Positions 25,038-38,467 of a DNA stretch of 64,000 nt are shown here, in pieces; position 1 is the stretch's first letter, and each line of letters starts with the position of its first letter. The position numbers were made by a program, and so were the translations under genes. The stretch spans positions 28,520,001-28,584,000 of the forward strand of contig NC_043003.1 in NCBI RefSeq assembly GCF_006345805.1. The letters run 5' to 3'. The notes below the pieces were generated by a model, which was given only the letters and a program-made list of their open reading frames with translations, ran no database searches and was not told the origin of the DNA. The DNA is from Octopus sinensis (lineage: Eukaryota).

Positions 25038-25834
25038 CCTCACCCCCCTCCTCACCTATCCTTTCTCCCCCCGACCCCTACTTCTTCAGTCCTTCATCCT
25101 TTCACCCCTACTCCCCTTCCCTTCTTCCCTCTTTCTGCCTCCCTCTTCCCCTTCCCTCTGCTCCCTCACTCCCTCTCTCCCCTTCTCTCTCCCCCTCATC
25201 CCCTTCCTTCTCCCCCATCCTCTCCTCCCCCTCTTCTTCCCCTCCCCTTCTCTCCCCCTCCCCCTCTTCTCCCCGTCCCCCTCTTCTCCTCACTAAACCA
25301 CATGACTTTACACATCACATCACATATGATGTGCCATACTAATACACACACCAACTAATACATACTAATACGTACTAATACATACTAGTACATACTAATA
25401 CTTACACCAACCCTATACATACACACGTCCAGACCCCGCATACGCACTTATACTCTCTCTCTCACACACACACACACCTATACATACCAATACGTACTAA
25501 TACATACTAATACATACTAATACATACACCAACCCCATACATACGCACGTCCAGACCAATCTTACGCACTAATACTCTCTCATACACACACACACACACA
25601 CACACACCCTTATACATACACCAACCCTATACATACACACATCCAGACCCCTCCCACGCACTTTTAGCTGGTCCCTCAACCCATTTATCAACCCTATTAT
25701 CTCCCCTTATTTCGCTCTCGCGTCTCATGTTTGATCTTTGACCTCTGGCCGAAATCAGATCGCCATGTTGATTCGTTAGCTACTGCACGCATTTTTTTTC
25801 TCTCCTTCTTTCTGTGTTTTTCTCTCTCTGTGTA

Positions 25835-25872
25835 TCTTTCTGTTGAAGAGCGTAGGCTCGAAACGTTAAAGA
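25835..25872 (+). ncRNA. minimal type I hammerhead-like motif (A6>U variant)
   Basis: TCTTT CTGTTGA A GAGC GTAG GCTC GAAA CG TT AAAGA: stems I and II pair; palindromic AACGTT stem III as in Penelope pseudo-LTR hammerheads. Confidence 0.65.
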
Positions 25873-25969
25873 CTTGTTTTATTTATATTTCCTGAGCGCC
25901 ATACTAATACAATTGTTCGTTTGTTTTCCACCTGCCTTCGTCTTTTGTTTATTTTCATAAAGCTTCCCG

Positions 25970-26016
<47 letters not shown>

Positions 26017-26019
<3 letters not shown>

Positions 26020-26144
26020 GGTGTCCCCAAAAAATGTACTCACTCTTTGACAGACGATTGTATGTATATCAATAAACATCTACTTGAACACAAAATGCAT
26101 GACTACTGGGAAGTCAAAGAGTGAGTACATCTTTTTGTGACACC

Positions 26145-26147
<3 letters not shown>
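26017..26147. mobile_element. Tc1/mariner-type MITE in (TA)n
   Basis: 131 bp; TIRs CAGGGTGTC..AAAAA.ATGTACTCACTCTTTGAC / GTCAAAGAGTGAGTACAT.TTTTT.TGACACCCTG; TA flanks. Confidence 0.85.
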
Positions 26148-26243
<96 letters not shown>

Positions 26244-26385
26244 GCGTGTGTGTGTGTATGTATTTGTGTTCCCGTAACTTAGCGATTCGACAAAAACCTC
26301 GATAACATAAGTGCCAGGCTTAGAAAATTCAAGGCGGTGCCACATCCTGGCCGCAATCTAATGACTGAAACAAGTAAAAGATAAA

Positions 26386-26430
<45 letters not shown>

Positions 26431-26525
26431 TATATATATATATATATATATATACATAAATATATGTGTGTGTATACATACATACATACATGTATAAATA
26501 TATAATACATACATACATACATACA

Positions 26526-26556
<31 letters not shown>

Positions 26557-26849
26557 GTATATATACATCAGTATCAGTTACTCCGGTGCTCTCGAGCACA
26601 TTGAGCTGCAGGTTGACACCACTGGATTCTGTTGGCTGCGGTTTTATTTGCATCCAGCCAACTGATATTCTTCTGTCTCATATTATGCACCATGTGGTTT
26701 TCGGTTTTCCTCTCTTTCTTTTTTTCCATTCGGTAAGTGTACATTTGAAAGCTGTTTTAGAATGAGTTTGTTCTAGTAGCCGGAGTAGCATACTCTTGCT
26801 AATTTTAATCTTCGTTTGATCATGAACACACACACACATACACACACAC

Positions 26850-26890
<41 letters not shown>

Positions 26891-26892
26891 CA

Positions 26893-26943
<51 letters not shown>

Positions 26944-29303
26944 TGCTGAACATTGCTTAAAAAGAAGAGAAAGGGGGAAATGCAGAGTCCGGTTAGCATG
27001 ATGTCGGTGGATCTACTGATGACATTCTGAGTAAGCTCTGTACGTCTTAATACACAGATTTGTCCGAGAAGATTCTTCTAGACAAGCGATGCCCTACGTT
27101 TCTATATACTATTTTAATGTTATGCACATAGTTATTTCAATCTAATGCTGCTTCAGGTGCGTAAACTTTTTATTCCTGAGCTAGCACATATAAATCAATA
27201 TTTTGTTGACCCGGTTCAGTTCAGAATGTCTGGATGAATTCGTCGCTGAGGTTACTGAATTATATTGAAACAGTGTATCTGACAATGTGTTGCCAACATT
27301 TTGAGCGAGCTCTGTGGGGTTTTTTTACACCCATATGTCTTTAAGAAACTTTGAGATTTTCTCCAACTACTGTCTTTCCAAGTTTTTATACACACCATAA
27401 ATGTTACACCCACCGGTGTCTCTAATCCAAGGTAATTTTAAGTGTGTACATTAATTTAATTCTAGTCTATCTAACTTTCGCGCATGTAAGTGAATGTTTT
27501 GTGCACTGAATTCTACATTGGAACCATATAGTTCGGCTTAACTCAGAATATCTTGGGATGCTCGTCACTGAGGAGACAAAATATCTTAGAAACATCGGTA
27601 TCTGGTAATCAGTCGCTGATATTCGGAGCGAGACTATTGGTTTTTAACAGGCAGGTTCTTTTCAGATGTTGCTTTGAGACAAAATATTACAGCTAGTACC
27701 ATTGTGCGTTTATCTTTTTCGGCTGTCTATCGTAGGCCGACGTTGACTGTTATTGTTCAGGAATCATCTCTGGCAAGCTCCCATGTGGGCTACAAGGCCT
27801 GCTGTGGATTTGCAACAGCGATGACATCTGCTGCAAGCCAAGCTACTCGACACATCGGGGAAGTGACGTCTCTCTCATGTACTATTCCGTATTCTTACTG
27901 TTGTTTCTCTTCAATGGAAGGAATTACGAGCTTCAGCAATCGGTGCCATTCATCACACCGCAGCTGTTGGAGTTCTTCATACGCCTCTTCAGTATATTCC
28001 TGCATCGCTCATTTATATATACATTGTAAATGTTATATGCCTCTTTAATTTAATCTAGTACTAATTCAAGTGCGTATATTAATATATTTCCTTATTTAGA
28101 AAATTTCCTTCACATATAATGCTTCGTCTAGATGTAAAACCACTTCAGTAGACTACCTTAAATAGTTGGCAATCTGCTGATCCTTAACAAATGCATATGA
28201 GTTATAAATAACAATGTTCTTTCTCCCGCAAACATGTACGAAGATCTATACAGCTTGTATGCCATTTACATTACATAAATGACGAGGTCTGATGAAACCG
28301 AAACATGTCGAGTTGCAACTTTGCTTTTAAAGATCAAACTCACTTCTAGATGCATTGTACAATATTTTGGTTGTTAAAAAATTCCGGAATTATCTGCCTT
28401 GTTTTATATTGGTTAGAATTATTCATTAAGATTAATAACTGTTTTCATCTCAGAATGTGTAATTTTAAATAATTCCACTCCCTCCCCAAATTCTGACTTA
28501 TTAATTACATTATACATGTCAGCACACACCTAACTATATATAATGCCTGCATCTGGGGCTTTTGAACGTTTGTCCACAAGACATCCTTTCGCTTAACCCT
28601 TTGATAATTCATCTATTTGTACATGAGGATGAACTAGTGGAGGAAACTGCGTACATAAATCAAACATCATTTGAAGGAATTTACATTCTTCAAGCCAAAG
28701 GGATTTTTCTCATTTTACTACATCTGTTTGTGTAATGGTTTAATATTATAGTTTTCTCAAGGGTTTTATTAACCTCGACAAAGATCCCCCTCTATCTTAT
28801 TCAGTTCAAATTTATATTTGCTTTAATTACAAGGGTTTTATTATGTAAACTAGTTTTCATGTAATTCTATATCGACAAACAGTCCTGCGGGATTCGTCAA
28901 CCTAGAAACCTCAGTATATCAAATAAGTGACCCCTGTATACAAAATGAATTCTTAGAATACATTAAATTTGACATAGAAACACGTATGTAAGTATATGCG
29001 TCTGCGTGTGCTTGCATGTGAAAGTGCGTGGCCTACTGGTTTCGCTGTTCCAATCACGTTCGTAAAGTTGTGGTTTCGATTCCTGAACTGGGCGGTGCGA
29101 TATATCTTCATTTCATGAAGCGAAACACTTCATTTCACGTTTTTCCTGTCCATTCCGCAGTAAATGTGTAATCCTGCGACGGACTAGTATCCCGTTCAGG
29201 GGAAATGTTGTAATCTAGGTCCCTTATGCACCATGGAAACCGAGCAACCAGCCCTATAATCCCTAAGACAGTCTTGTGCACTTATGTATGTGTGTGTGTA
29301 TGA

Positions 29304-29350
<47 letters not shown>

Positions 29351-29420
29351 AAAAAGTTACAGAAAACCGTGTCTTAAGAAGTTCTACCAGACAATACTAG
29401 ACATAACATTATATCAGAAA

Positions 29421-30272
29421 TAAGACGGCGAGCTGGCAGAATCGTTAGCACATCGGGCAAAATGCTTAGCGGCATTTCGTCCGTTTTGACGCTCTGAGTT
29501 CAAATTCCGCTGAGGCCAACTTTGCCTTTCTTCTTTCGTGGTCGCTAAAATAAGTATCAGTTAACCACTAGGGTCGATGTAATCGACTTACACCTTTCCC
29601 TGAAATTGCTGGCTTTGTGCTAAAATATGGAGACCAATAGTATATCAGCAATAAGGTGGCGAGCTGGCAGAATCGTTAGCATAGTGAGAAAAATGCTTCG
29701 TGACATTTCATCTGTCTTTATGTTCTGAGTTCAAATTCCACCAAGATTAATTTTGCCTTTCATTCTCTCGTGGGGTCGATAAAAAATGTATTAGTTGAAC
29801 AATCGACATACTCCATCTCCCAAAATCGCTGATCTTGTACTTAAATTGGATATTAAAATTATATCAGAAATAAATATTCTTTCTACTCTAGGCAGAAGGC
29901 CTGAAATTTTGAGAGAGAGACCAGTCGATTATATCGATCCCAATATGCAACTGGTTCTTAATTTATTGAACCCGGAAGGATAAAAAGCAAAGTCGACCTC
30001 GGCGGAATTTGGACTCAGAACGAAAGACAGAAGAAATACCTATTGCTTTACTACCCACAAGGGGCTAAACACAGAGGGGACAAATAAGGACAGACAAATG
30101 GATTGAGTCGATTACATCGGCTCAGTACGCAGCTGGTACTTAATTTATCGACCCCGAAAGGATAAAAGGCAAAGTCGACCTCGGCGGAATTTGAACTCAG
30201 AACGTAACGGCCGACGAAATACCGCTAAGCATTTCGCCCGGCGTGCTAACGTTTCTGCCAGCTCGCCGCCTT
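29421..30272. mobile_element. cluster of four SINE family A units (two plus, two minus)
   Basis: Repeated heads and cores in both orientations. Confidence 0.85.
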
Positions 30273-30924
30273 ATATCAGAACTAAATATTGGTTTGATTA
30301 CACTTTGGTTTGAACATCTCCGTTTTCTTAATTTGTTTGTTTTTTTTCCCCTTAAAAGTGCCTAGAAATTTAATAAATCGTCATATTCACAGTGAACGGC
30401 GAGAATTAAAACACTGACGTATACATTTAGTTATACTTTCCGGCAGATTCGAACGTGAATATGCGAATCGCTATTGCATTTCCTCACGGAGAACAACAAC
30501 TCCTTTCAGGCGAATACGTGATTATAACACACGCAATTCATTGGGGGTAGGGGATTTTGGAACATCGGTGTCTCACCCTTGTTGTGTATCTCCTCTATCG
30601 AAGATATCCTGGACCAATGAATCTAACAAGAATTTTGGCGTTTGTTTATAACATTCAATAAAAAAAAGAAAAATTTGCTGATGTGTGCTGATGTCTCCCA
30701 ATCTAAAAAATAAATCGTCACGTGGACGGTGACTTGCGAAAATAAGAACAATGTCTTACGGCGTGGTTGTATGATATGAAGCTTACTTCCCAACCACATG
30801 GTTCCGGGTTCAATCTTATTGCACGGCACCTTGGGTAAATGCCTTCTGCTATGGCCTCGGGCCAACCAAAGCATTGTGATTGGATTTGGTAGACGAAAAC
30901 TTAAAGAAAACAAAGAAGCCTGTC

Positions 30925-30970
<46 letters not shown>

Positions 30971-31676
30971 GTACATACTCATGCACACACATATGTGTGT
31001 ATGTGCCTGTCTATCTGTGTGAGTGTATCTTTGTGTGACAACAGGTGTCGGTGTGTTTACGTCCCCGTAACTTAGCGGTTCGGCAAAAAAATATAGAATA
31101 AGTTCCAATAGTTTACAAAAATAAATAACGGGTTCGATTCGTTTGACTAAAATTCTTCAAGGTGGTGTCCCAGCATGGCCGCAGTCTTATGAGTGAAACA
31201 AGCAAAAGATAAAAGATAAAAACATAAAAGATTTCTGACAATTCATTAGTCCGGAATATCTTTGACTGATGAGACATGCAACAAGGTCGAAACACCAGTT
31301 TCCTAAAAGTCCTCTTACGCCAATGAACTGAGTGTGCCGTGAACACTTTCGTCTCAAAGGAGAAGTTGCTTTCCAATAGCGAAATACAACAGCGATTAGT
31401 ATATTCTTTTTCGGATCTGCCGCAATTTTCAAGAAATGAATATTATGTCGTTATCAAGAAATTTTATATTTAAAATTTAAACCGGAAACAGTAGAGAGAA
31501 GAGTGATGTTATGGGATCGTTCTGGCAGAATGAGCATAACTGGTAGTCGCGTCCGGTCGCTGATGAAGTGGCACGCCTGGCTGGACATTCAACCTGTTCC
31601 GGTGACAATAATCTAAGGAAATGGAGATAAGCACACACACTCGTGCGCGTAGAATTATGCACAGAAAGAGAGAGAA

Positions 31677-31723
<47 letters not shown>

Positions 31724-32584
31724 AGAGACAAACAGACAAAGGCAGAGACAGAGGGGAAAGAGAGAAACACAGAAAGAGTTAAGGAAGAGGCAGGCAGATA
31801 GACAGACAGACAGAGATATTACAATTTATTAATTGAATACTTTTGACATAAGCACTTTCTCTCTCCTCGCAGATATAAAGAGAAATATGCTTACGAACAT
31901 AATCGCAGACTCAGAAAGGGAGGAAGAGAAGGAGAGGAAGAAGAGAGAAAGGGAGAAAAAGAGGGAGTGAGAGAGAGAGACAGACAAACAGACAAAGAGG
32001 GAGTAAGCGAGGGAGAGCGAGAAAGAAAGAGACGATGAGGAGAGAACGTGCGAAACATTAAAACATTTGATATCAAAGGAATGAGCATCGAATCAGTGAT
32101 GCCAAATGAGCGGCGCCAAAGTGGCTGTGCCAAAACGGTCTCATACCGCGTTCTAGACCTGTAGTCCATTGTTTCGTTGATCGAAACTACGTACTGCTAG
32201 TTCAAAAGTAACTTTACCGATTTTCCATTTAATTCTCTGTTATGTGTAATACTAGATTTTATCCGTCATATGACGAGTAACTTGGGGAGTATACTTTTCC
32301 CACCATAGGTTATATAGGGAAATATCGCATACATACAACAATTATAATTAATCTTTTATCAAATTTCTTGGTCCTTATACAAAATGATGAAATGACTATC
32401 AAATTTCGAAAGAAAAATAGTCAATAATTTTGAATAGATTTAAATTAAACAGTGAGGTACACATTCATTACTAATATGTTCTGAATGATTTGAACATGGA
32501 TATGCTTGTCGTTGTTGTATTTTATTTACGATGAACAACTCCTTATTTCTCATTTGTATAACACCTTCCATAACTACTGTTATT

Positions 32585-32745
32585 TCCTCCTCCTCCTCCT
32601 CCTCCTCCTCCTCCTCCTCCTCCTCCCCTCCTCCTCCTCCTCCTCCCCTCCTCCCCATCCTCCTCCTCCCCCTCCCCCTCCTCTTCCTCCCCTCCTCCTC
32701 CTCCTTCTCCTCCCCCTCCTCCTCCTCCTCCTCCTCCTCCTCCCC
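32585..32745. repeat. (CCT)n polypyrimidine tract
   Basis: Direct reading. Confidence 0.97.
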
Positions 32746-32995
32746 TCTCTATGATTCTCTGCCAACACTGTGTATGTGTGTAACATTCTTTTGCTCATTG
32801 AGTGCCACTTAACTTCGGATGTGTACTCATCATGTTATCTCTAAATTTCTATTTTACTCTCTCTATCTCCCCCCCCCCTTATCCAATGTATAGTGTGACT
32901 GGAGAAAACAACTAACCACCAACCAACCAACTAACCAATTTTATATCGGCTATCATTATGTAGAGAGTTTGCAGTAATATCATTGTTGCACAATA

Positions 32996-33020
32996 CAGTT
33001 CAGTGACCTGAGCAATAATG

Positions 33021-33063
<43 letters not shown>

Positions 33064-33225
33064 TATCGAAAAATACCTTAGGAATGAGAACACGGGTTCA
33101 AAAATTCCCCAAGACACCTGAAGAAAACTGGAAGGTATATCAGCCGAAACGTTGTGTTAACAACGAACAAGATGAGGACAAATATCCGTCGAATGTAAAT
33201 AATGTAAATAATATAAATAATGTAT
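32996..33225 (+). mobile_element. 5'-truncated copy of the tRNA-head/hammerhead element
   Basis: 14-bp TSD ATTGTTGCACAATA at 32982-32995 and 33226-33239. Confidence 0.75.
33113..33158 (+). ncRNA. type I hammerhead motif (stem II partly mutated)
   Basis: GACAC CTGAAGA A AACTG GAAGGTATAT CAGCC GAAA CG TT GTGTT; the paralog at about 12208-12245(-) supplies CTGATGAAGG. Confidence 0.65.
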
Positions 33226-33939
33226 ATTGTTGCACAATATTCCAAGCTATGATATCTTTCATATACACAAGATCATTACAACTTGCCATATTCACCACCA
33301 TTAAGCATTTTGTGAGTAGCCTGTATTTTAATTCAGGGGTGTTCAGGTCCAGAAGAGATGTGTGATTTGAATGTGACACACTGTGTTGTTGCCTAACATC
33401 AGACCATCTATGACTGTCTGCCTGACCCTTCGTTTTTTCATTTTTACAGAGAGTGTAACCTAGAACTATATCCCAAAGTAGGATGCGATTTGAGGAAGAT
33501 TTGGCAACTGCTTCTTTCATTGCAAGCGACCACGTCAGAAGCTCTTCTTGCTTGGTGTGTGTGAAAACCAAGTCTTATTCTATCCTACTTAGCACACCCG
33601 CACACACACACACACACACACACAATAATCCTTTCTACAATAAGAATAAGATTTGAAATTTTGGGGAAGTAGGTAAGTCGACTGTATCGACTCAAGTACT
33701 CAGTTGGTATTTATTTTTATTGACAACGAACGAAAAAAGGCAAAGTCGACTTCGGTGGAATTTGAACTCAGAACATATAAACAGAAGAAATGTCACGAAG
33801 CATTTTCCTCGACATGCTAACAATTCTACTAGCCCTAACTTAGTCACAAAATAAATAAATTTACTCTATTCAAAATTGTGGCTTGTCAATACAAAGCATT
33901 CAACTGTATACTTAAAAATCTCAGTGTATACCTCCGTAA

Positions 33940-34011
33940 GGCGGAGTGGCGCAGAGGAAGCGTGCTGGGTCAATCACCCGGAGGTCCGTAGATCGAAACT
34001 ACGCTCTGCTG
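33940..34011 (+). tRNA. full-length initiator-tRNA-derived gene or pseudogene with AAT anticodon
   Basis: GGCGGAG TG GCGC AGAGGAA GCGT G CTGGG TCAATCA CCCGG AGGTC CGTAG ATCGAAA CTACG CTCTGCT G: 8 differences from tRNA-iMet, stems retained through G-U pairs, TTTT shortly downstream. Confidence 0.6.
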
Positions 34012-36121
34012 GTAATACTTTTGTTACTGTCACTAATTTTATTTGTTGCTCTGTTGTTGGTAATGTTACCGTAGAAGGCGATGTGCTGGCAGACTCGTTA
34101 CGCACCAGGAAAAAATGCTTAGCGCCATTTCTTCCCACTTTTTGTTTTCAGTTCAAATGCCGCCGGAACCGATAAAATAAATACTAGTTGAACTCCCTCC
34201 CACCAAATTGCTGTCCTTGTGCCAAAGTTTGAAATCAATATTATCGTATAATTATTGCCCTCCAATATTCCAAGTTCGTGGTGTTTTACTTGGGCACAAG
34301 CAAGAATTGTAGAAACGACGCAAAATGGACGTAAAAAACCTTCTCCAGTATCGTTTTACCGTATTAGTAATGTCGCACTACCGCCACCACCGATAACGAC
34401 AACAATGAGAAGAAATGAAGAAGATGTAATTACAACTTAGATGAAAAATAATTCGTAGGTTTACACGTTACAGGGACGTAAACAAACGAACACTAGTTCA
34501 CACACACATATAAAAGGTGCTTCAACACAGTTTCCATCTACCACATTCACTCACAAACCATTAAGGTGCCGTGCAGTGAGACGGAGTAAGCTGAATATTT
34601 TAACTCTAAAAATTGTGATAACTTTATTATTTGAGGAAGATTTGGTTTTTATTTCACACAGGTTAATATACTGTAACATACCGCGAGGTTATATAATTAT
34701 CTTCACTTGAACATGATGTTCTGTGTGAACAAACTATATTGCGGTAGATACCCTAAGAGAAACTCTCATATTGGCATTTGGTACGAAATACATTCTTGTT
34801 ATATCGCTAGCAAGGAAATAAATCCCCGTCTCTTCCAGCATCGAGACCACCAATCAAGTGATCCCGACCTTTCTTGGCCTTGTCAATGATGGATTTTCGA
34901 CCGCTACAGAAACCAGCGACTTATCTCCTCGCCAACGATATATAGAAAAATAATGCCAGAACAGGCGTTGGTGTCGCGATTAGCCAGTGAGCTTGTTAAA
35001 AAATATATGTTAGTGATAGAGGCAATGTTACTACCGGGAGATAATATCTATCCTCACTTAAAAGTGAATGTTCTGTTAGAATAAACTTCACTGCAACAGA
35101 CACCATGAGAGATGCTATCGTATTTAGCTTTTGGTGCAAAATACAGTCTCGTTTATATCGCTAGTCTTCTCCAGCGCTGTCTCCATAACGACACCAGCGC
35201 CTCCTCTGACACTCTTTTTCTATATATCGCTGGCGAGGAGATGAGTCGCTGCTATCTCTTGCGGTCGAAAATCCATCATTGACAAGGCCAAGAAAGACCG
35301 AAATCACGTAATCTGGTGATCTCGGTGCTGGATATGGCAGGGATTTATCTATCCCCCACCCCACTAGTGATATGAACAGGAGTGCATTTTGCAGTAAAAG
35401 CCTCATACGATCAAATCATTCAGAACGTATTAGCAATGAATGTGTACCTCACTGTTTAATTTACATCTATTCATAATTATTGTATATTTTTCATTCGAAA
35501 TTTGATAGTCATTTCATCATTTTGTATAAGGACCAAGAAATTTGATAAAAGATTAATTATAATTGTTGTATGTATGCGATATTTCCTTATATAACCTATG
35601 GTGGGAAAAGTATACTCCCCAAGTTACTCGTCATATGACGGATAAAATCTAGTATTACACATAACAGAGAATTAAATGGAATATCGGTAAAGTTACTTTT
35701 GAACTAGCAGAACGTAGTTTCGCTCAACGAAACAATGGACTACGGGTCGAGAACGCGGTATGAGACCGTTTTGGCACAGCCACTTTGGCGCCGCTCATTT
35801 GGCGTCACTGATTCGATGCTCATTCCTTTGATATCAAATGTTTTAATGTTTCTCACGCTCTCTCCTCATGGTATCTACCATAGTACAGTTTGTTCTAGCA
35901 GAAAATACACGATAAATATTACCTCTTGGAGTTAATACTGCCTCCGTCGCTAATGTATATTTTAACATACGTTTAATCAGCAGAAATTATGTATCACTTT
36001 ATACCGATCGTACGAACAAAGCCAGTCTAGATTCAAACAGTTCTATCTGACGATCTTAATTTAATCAATCTTCTAACGAAACTGCAAGACATGTAACTTG
36101 CTTTATTGTATTATCGTTTGA

Positions 36122-36233
<112 letters not shown>

Positions 36234-36395
36234 ACATATATACATATACATGCACACATATATACACACATATATGAACACATATATGTATATGTGTGTG
36301 TGTGTGCGTGTGTGTATATATATATATATATATACATATATATATACATATACATATATACATACATATACATATATACATACATACATATATAC

Positions 36396-36444
<49 letters not shown>

Positions 36445-36462
36445 CTTATACATATATATATA

Positions 36463-37677
36463 CGAGGGATATCCAAAAGTAACCGGAAGCCTCTGTATAA
36501 CAACTCCACTGTAATTCAGGCTTCCGCCGCTAGGAGCTACTTAATGCAACCATCTGGCAGCAGCCTGCCGATCGTCATCGTCGAGTGAAGTCGTACTGCC
36601 ACGTGGTGCGTCGTTGTTTTTCAGTGCTTCTCCCCTTTTCGTCGATTTTTGTGTTGGCTGAAACGAAGGGACACCGTGCATCCGTGAAATTTTGTTTTCT
36701 GCTAGGGAAAACTACGACCGAAACCGTTCAAGGACGCTGCCATGAGCAAAACACAAGTTTACGTTTGATTCTCACATTTAAAGAAATGATCAGCTGTCAC
36801 CTAAAGACCAACCTCGTTCAGGGCGACCGTCGACCTTCCGAACGAATGAAATCATAACGAAAATTATTGGAGGGCCGTCGCCGAACAATTGACGAACTTG
36901 TTTATATGACTGGTGAGCTCCTCCCAACGAATTTTGAGCGAGGAATCGGTTAATGAAAAGAGTTGCAGGAAATTTCTGCCTCACTTGCTCATGGAAGATC
37001 AAAAGCAGTCACGACTGAATGCGTATCGTGGACTGAAAGAGCAGTTGGAAATTGATCTGAACCTCTTTTCGAAGGTCATCACTGGTGACGAAAGCTGGTG
37101 CTACGGCTACTACCCGGAAACAAAGGAACAGTCAAGTTAATAGAAGAATTCAATGTTACTACGCCCCACCAAAATACGTCAAGTGAAGTCCTATGTTCCT
37201 TTTGGTCAAACTCAAACTGTTAACCTGACATTTTATTTGGCAGTTCTGGGGCATTTGCGAGACACGGCGAGACGAAAACGTCCTGACCAGTGGCAAAGTG
37301 GAAAGTGGTGGTCCCATCACGACAATGCATATTTGCGTACCACCTTGAGTGTGAGACAGGTTTTGACCAAAAATGACATGACCACGTTTACTTATCCTCC
37401 CTATTTACCCGATTTTACTCCCTGCAACATTTTTTGTTCCCCCGAATGAAAAAAGTCCTTAAAGAAAAGCGTTTTGCAGATGTGGAAGAGATGAAGAAAA
37501 ATACGACGGAGGCATGAAAAGGCATCACTTCGCAAAAGTCCCAGGACTGCATCGTACAGTGGAAAACACGCCTGGACCGATGCATTGCTTTCAATGGAGA
37601 ATATTTTTTTAGGCGATAAAAGTGTAAATATATTAAACGAAGTGAATAAAATAATATTGCAAAATTCTCGTTTCTCG
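36463..37677 (+). mobile_element. decayed mariner transposon
   Basis: TA-CGAGGG...CTCG-TA ends (right TIR internally deleted); ITGDESWCYGY, HHDNA and YPPYLPDFTPC motifs across frames. Confidence 0.9.
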
Positions 37678-38064
37678 TATGTAATTTAAATCCAAAGCTA
37701 GCGTTGAGAAATAACTCAAATGGATCAGTAGCATATATTTGAATAACATAGACAACTACTGGTTTGCCAGGTGCTGTACAACAAATTCTTGTTTTATTAA
37801 AATTGTCTCCGCCTCTACATGATGTAGCATAATTAGCTAGTGGAAGTTAAAACAGCTCCGCTTGCGGAAGGGAAGTAATCTCACAAATGAAGGATTCTGC
37901 AAAGTTGACATGACATTATTGTCTGCAGAGAAGAGGTCAAGTTCTATATCTATGTAAAAACCAAGATTTATCCTATCGTACACAACACATACAGGTACAT
38001 ATACGTATACACATAAACACCCATATACACGCACACATGCATGCATACATGCACAGTCACAGAA

Positions 38065-38095
<31 letters not shown>

Positions 38096-38395
38096 AAAAA
38101 AATGATTTCAAATTTTGGCACAGGGCCAGCAATTTTGGGGGAGGAGATAAATCGATTACATCGATCCCAGAGTTTAACTGGTACTTATTTATCGACCATG
38201 AATGAATGAAGGGCAAAGTCGACCTCGGCGGAGTTTGAACTCAGAAGATAAAGACGAACGAAATGCAGCTAAACATTTTGCCCCGTGTGCTAACGATTCT
38301 ACCAGCTCACTGCCTTACACACAAAATAATTAATAGATATACTTCAACTCTAAATATTCAGTTATATACCTAAAATGTTGAGAAATTCAGTGCGA

Positions 38396-38467
38396 AGCAG
38401 AGTGGCGCAGTGGAAACGTGCTGGGCCCATAACCCAGAGGTCCGTAGATCGAAACTACGCTCTGCTA
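38396..38467 (+). tRNA. tRNA-iMet-CAT: initiator tRNA-Met (CAT), D-stem G>A variant
   Basis: Consensus except TGGAAACGTG (C13-A22 mismatch); TTTT immediately after. Confidence 0.88.

Larger units (their letters stand above)
24285..25970 (+). mobile_element. 5'-truncated Penelope-like retroelement between (TA)n tracts
   Basis: Open frame to 25037 with a GIY-YIG endonuclease (FTCTSSNIIYCISCSLCNSLYIGQTGRRLADRFAEH...REQELI...PFGLN), C-rich 3' UTR and terminal hammerhead-like motif. Confidence 0.92.
32035..35869. repeat. inverted duplication, arms of about 460 bp (32035-32493 / 35411-35869)
   Basis: Arms are reverse complements with few differences; mirrored ORFs MDY.SRTRYETVLAQPLWRRSFG on opposite strands. 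Confidence 0.92.

Noticed and set aside
32136-32148. CGGT-CTCAT-ACCG hairpin as an elongator tRNA-Met anticodon arm
   Set aside because: Five-nt loop and no D or T arm at the proper spacing.
31891-32169. ORF duplicated at 35735-35935
   Set aside because: Explained by the inverted duplication; the ORFs diverge where the arms end.
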